Shown here: piece after piece, positions 47,474 through 50,943 of the stretch
How positions within the stretch are numbered: the first letter of the stretch is position 1
How the letters are laid out: each line of letters opens with the position of its first letter
Origin: Nemertoderma westbladi
Lineage: Eukaryota; Animalia; Xenacoelomorpha
Length of the DNA stretch: 50,943 nucleotides
NCBI GenBank assembly: GCA_032718475.1
Contig: JAUCBJ010004597.1
Span: 1 to 50,943, forward strand
Direction of reading: 5' to 3'
Notes under the pieces: generated by a model
What the model saw: only the letters and a program-made list of their open reading frames with translations
Databases searched by the model: none
Told to the model about the DNA's origin: nothing
Program-made: the position numbers and the translations under genes

Positions 47474-50400
47474 CTCCCCAAGAAAGGAGACCTCGGCATA
47501 CCAACAAACTATCGTGGGATCTGTCAGCTTGTGGTTGCTGCCAAAATATACAATAAAATGATTCTATATAGGATTAGGCCTCAAATAGAGAAACTACTGC
47601 GTAAGAGCCAAAACGGCTTTCGACCAAGTAGATCAACAATAGCTCAGATACTTGCACTACGGAGACTGATTGAAGGAATTAAGTCGAAGAATCTCCCCGC
47701 AGTCATGACTTCAAGAAGGCATTCGACTCCATCCATAGAGGCAAAATGCTTGAAATCTTAAGAGCTTATGGAATACCAGAAGTAATTGTTGCTGGCATTG
47801 GATTGATATATTGTGACACAGAAGCGCAGGTACTCTCACCAGATGGTGAAACTGAGTTTTTCTCAATCCTGGCTGGGGTACTGCAAGGTGACACATTAGC
47901 ACCATTACTATTTGTAATTGTGCTGGATTACGCAATGAGGACAGCCACAAAGGGTGAAGACCTGGGATTCACACTTCAAGAACGCAGAAGTAGTAGATAT
48001 CCGGCAACTACAGTCACAGACACCGACTTTGAGGATGACATCGCCCTGCTCCCTAATACCCTAGCAGATGCACAGCTTGTACTAAATAAAGTGGAGAGGG
48101 CTGCTAAGGAGGTTGGATTGCATATAAATGCTACCAAGACCGAATTCATGACCTTTAATGTTGATGGAAACTTGACAACCATTGACAATAATCAACTAAG
48201 AAAGGTTGACGACTTCCAGTACCTTGGATCATGGATAGAGAGTAGCAAAAAGGACATAAAAGTTAGGAAAGCAAAGGCATGGGTTGCTCTATCAAAAATG
48301 GATAGTATCTGGAAATCAGATCTCTCCAGGCACGTGAAGACTATGTTCTTTCGAGCCACAGTGGAAAGTGCATTTTTATATGGGGGTGAGACCTGGACAC
48401 TGACTAAATCACTTGAACAACGAATTGATGGTTGCTACACAAAACTACTGAGGGCAGCCCTAAACATCAGCTGGAGTGAACACATGACAAACGCCGAGCT
48501 TTATGGTACAATACCACCTGTATCAACCACCCTCCATGAACGCAGATTAAGATTCAGTGGGCACTGCTGGAGAAGTAAAGACGAGGTCATACCAGATCTA
48601 CTTCTCTGGCAACCAGTCGTGGACGACCAGCCATAACATATATAGATCAACTTGAAAGGGATACTGAACTTGGGAGAAACGAAATTGCGACAACTATGGA
48701 GAATCGGGAAGCCTGGAAGGATCTCATTTCCACTGTCCGAGTTCGCTCGACCTAGTAGTAGTAGTAGTAATTTCATAATATATATCGTGATGTGCGCACA
48801 GCTTTTGATCTCTTAAATCAGTTCTGAGGAAATACATTAATATCAAATTACACCGTAATACTGCATAATTTAGAGAATAATTATTGCACTTCATTTTAAG
48901 AGTTTATCAACAATCTAACTGTTGATTGATGCAATATTATTGTTTGTGAGGTGTATATCGCATGGTATAACTCGGTCTATGCTATATAGCTAGACAATAT
49001 GAAGATATCAATAATATAATTTCAACTTACCTGTACTGATCCTTACGAATAATGCAGTGAACAACAAAAGGCTATGAAACATCATGGTTTCTAAGTTTTA
49101 AATAAGTTAGTTTGTCCTTGGGAGTCGTAGTCTATCCTTGGAAAATATTTAATTTCGGGCTTTTGGAACCTATAAATCATAAATAATAATTAATTAGTTA
49201 GGTAATTATTATAATTTACTGTTTTTCTAGAGATGGCAACGTATCCTGATAAGCACGTTTTAAGTAATGCACTGGTAAAACAGAGAGGTGACTTCCCCAT
49301 GTATTTGTCATGCTAAGGGTGAAGTTGGATGCGGGTGAAGCTTCCCGCGTGCGATGTTTGCTGCGTAACTCCAGTGAGAAAGATAATAAACTTGACAATG
49401 GAATGTTTAGTTAGAATTACATACCATTGTACCCTGCCCCGTTCCCTTATGTGTATGATATTGTTAGCGGAACCATTCCACTATGCATTTCCAACCATAA
49501 AATGGGTGTGGAGTCGATTTACCACGTTGGCTGGGCAGTGGATTCACGATCCACCTCGTGGGTTGAGGCTAACAAAAACCTAAGGTAGGTCGATTTTAGG
49601 TGAGCTGACCAATGGGATGCCAACACATGTTGGTTTTGGAAGTATATCAGTTGGAGGACAATAAACGTGTAAGCCTAAGAGCAATGTATTTCCCCCTTTT
49701 CATATATATATTAACGGTCACATGTATTCTAACCAGTTGGCATTTATTCATGTTGAACGATGAGCAGTTTTAACCGTCAGCCGTAACCAATACTGATTGT
49801 GCTGTAATAATTTAATGGTAACTATATTCTGACCTATTATACATTAACAATAACTATTAACAACATCAGAACTAATATCTTTGCAAGGCTTTCAGCCATT
49901 CAGTATTCCCTTAATGCGGCAACGCATAGCAAACATTACAAAATCAACCCGGCGAGATCCATTGCCAACCAGGATCACGTCACAATGAAAACTGTCAGTC
50001 AGTTAGTGAAAACTGCGTCAAAATTTTAATCGGCAAACGATGAGATTCTGCCAATGACTGAAGGATGAGCAAACTCAGGATGCCCCAGATTAAGGGAAGG
50101 GAGAGTACACCACTGCCTACTCCCAGCAAGATGGATGCAACCATCTGGGAGGCTGCGACCCAATGGCAACAGCCCACTACACCAGATCTGTCACCAGCAG
50201 ACAGGTCGTTTGGATAGGAGGAAGGTAGATGGGTGCTGGGAGACAATAAACGCGGGTCGACAAGGGATGACGACGAGTGTACCGAGACCACCAGCCAACT
50301 CAGGGCGGCAGGCGGCACATGGCCCAACGGAATGGTGATGGGCGGGCCAACAGTACAATGCTGGACAAGGAGGGGCAACAAGGAGGTCCAGGACGGGGAT

Positions 50401-50943
50401 GTGATGGAAAGTCAGTGGTTGACGAGGGGCTACAACACTGCAAGGAGACTCCAGTGAGTGTAACAAACTTTTTCAGTATTTAGTCCAATTTGGGCAGGGA
50501 GAACTGGCGAATGAGAGAGCAAGGGAGGTTACTACTGAACTCTTTGAATTAAGGAGATCTGAAATGATTGACGTATATAGAGTGTACGTAGTGCCCTATC
50601 TGGTCAATACACGGGGGATTAAGAGGTGGGACAAGGGTGGGTTTATACGACACAGATCCTGAGGTAAACCCAGAGGATTCAGAGTCATCCATCAGTAGGG
50701 CCAAAACAGCCAGCAAGGCCAGTTAAATCGATAGATGATGGAGGTCTATTGTTAGTGTAAAGTCTGCAACATCCTCCTTAAAAGCAAGAAGGGTGTCGGA
50801 AATAGATGCGGCGTGTCAATTAGACCTGCTTGCATTGGATCAAAGTGAGTTGGAAAGCATTTAGAGGAGGAGAGTGCTTCCTTAGAGAGAGGACGGGAGT
50901 TGGCAAGAGAGTGTAAAGAGTGGGCAGAGAGGGAAGCAGAGCA

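Larger units (their letters stand above)
43373..48768 (+). mobile_element. 5'-truncated decayed RTE LINE (second family), split by a CR1-group LINE, with (TAG)n tail
   Basis: APE end LWTYQYPNG..QLDYIL..SDH; KASGLDEI..WK..IWTKGQLKP | LPKKGDL..NYRGI..QNGFR..GVLQGDTLAP..DFEDD..YLGSWI..RLRFSGHCWR. TAG repeats at 48753-48768. Confidence 0.92.

Overview
Eukaryotic, probably invertebrate, repeat-dense DNA. It is a multi-layer nest of transposable elements, and I can recognise no intact host gene. Contents: several BEL/Pao LTR retrotransposons (one young full-length copy at 33756-41007 with near-identical LTRs and an ATATA target-site duplication (TSD), plus older decayed copies); RTE-type and CR1-group LINEs; three copies of a TTAA-targeting piggyBac-like MITE; an unclassified TIR element with a CGCG TSD; and a ~1.8 kb (ACTG)n microsatellite. 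The most unusual signal occurs twice, in two divergent families on opposite strands (12066-15924 +, 30895-25640 -). Each reads: end of BEL pol, polypurine tract, ~0.9 kb TG...CA LTR-like segment, 3 nt, PBS-like TGG, then a decayed ORF. That ORF encodes a DnaQ/WRN-type 3'-5' exonuclease, three CCHC-type knuckles and a shared unknown C-terminal domain. This suggests a BEL lineage carrying an exonuclease ORF behind an internal or shared LTR. All alignments were done by eye; no database searches were run.
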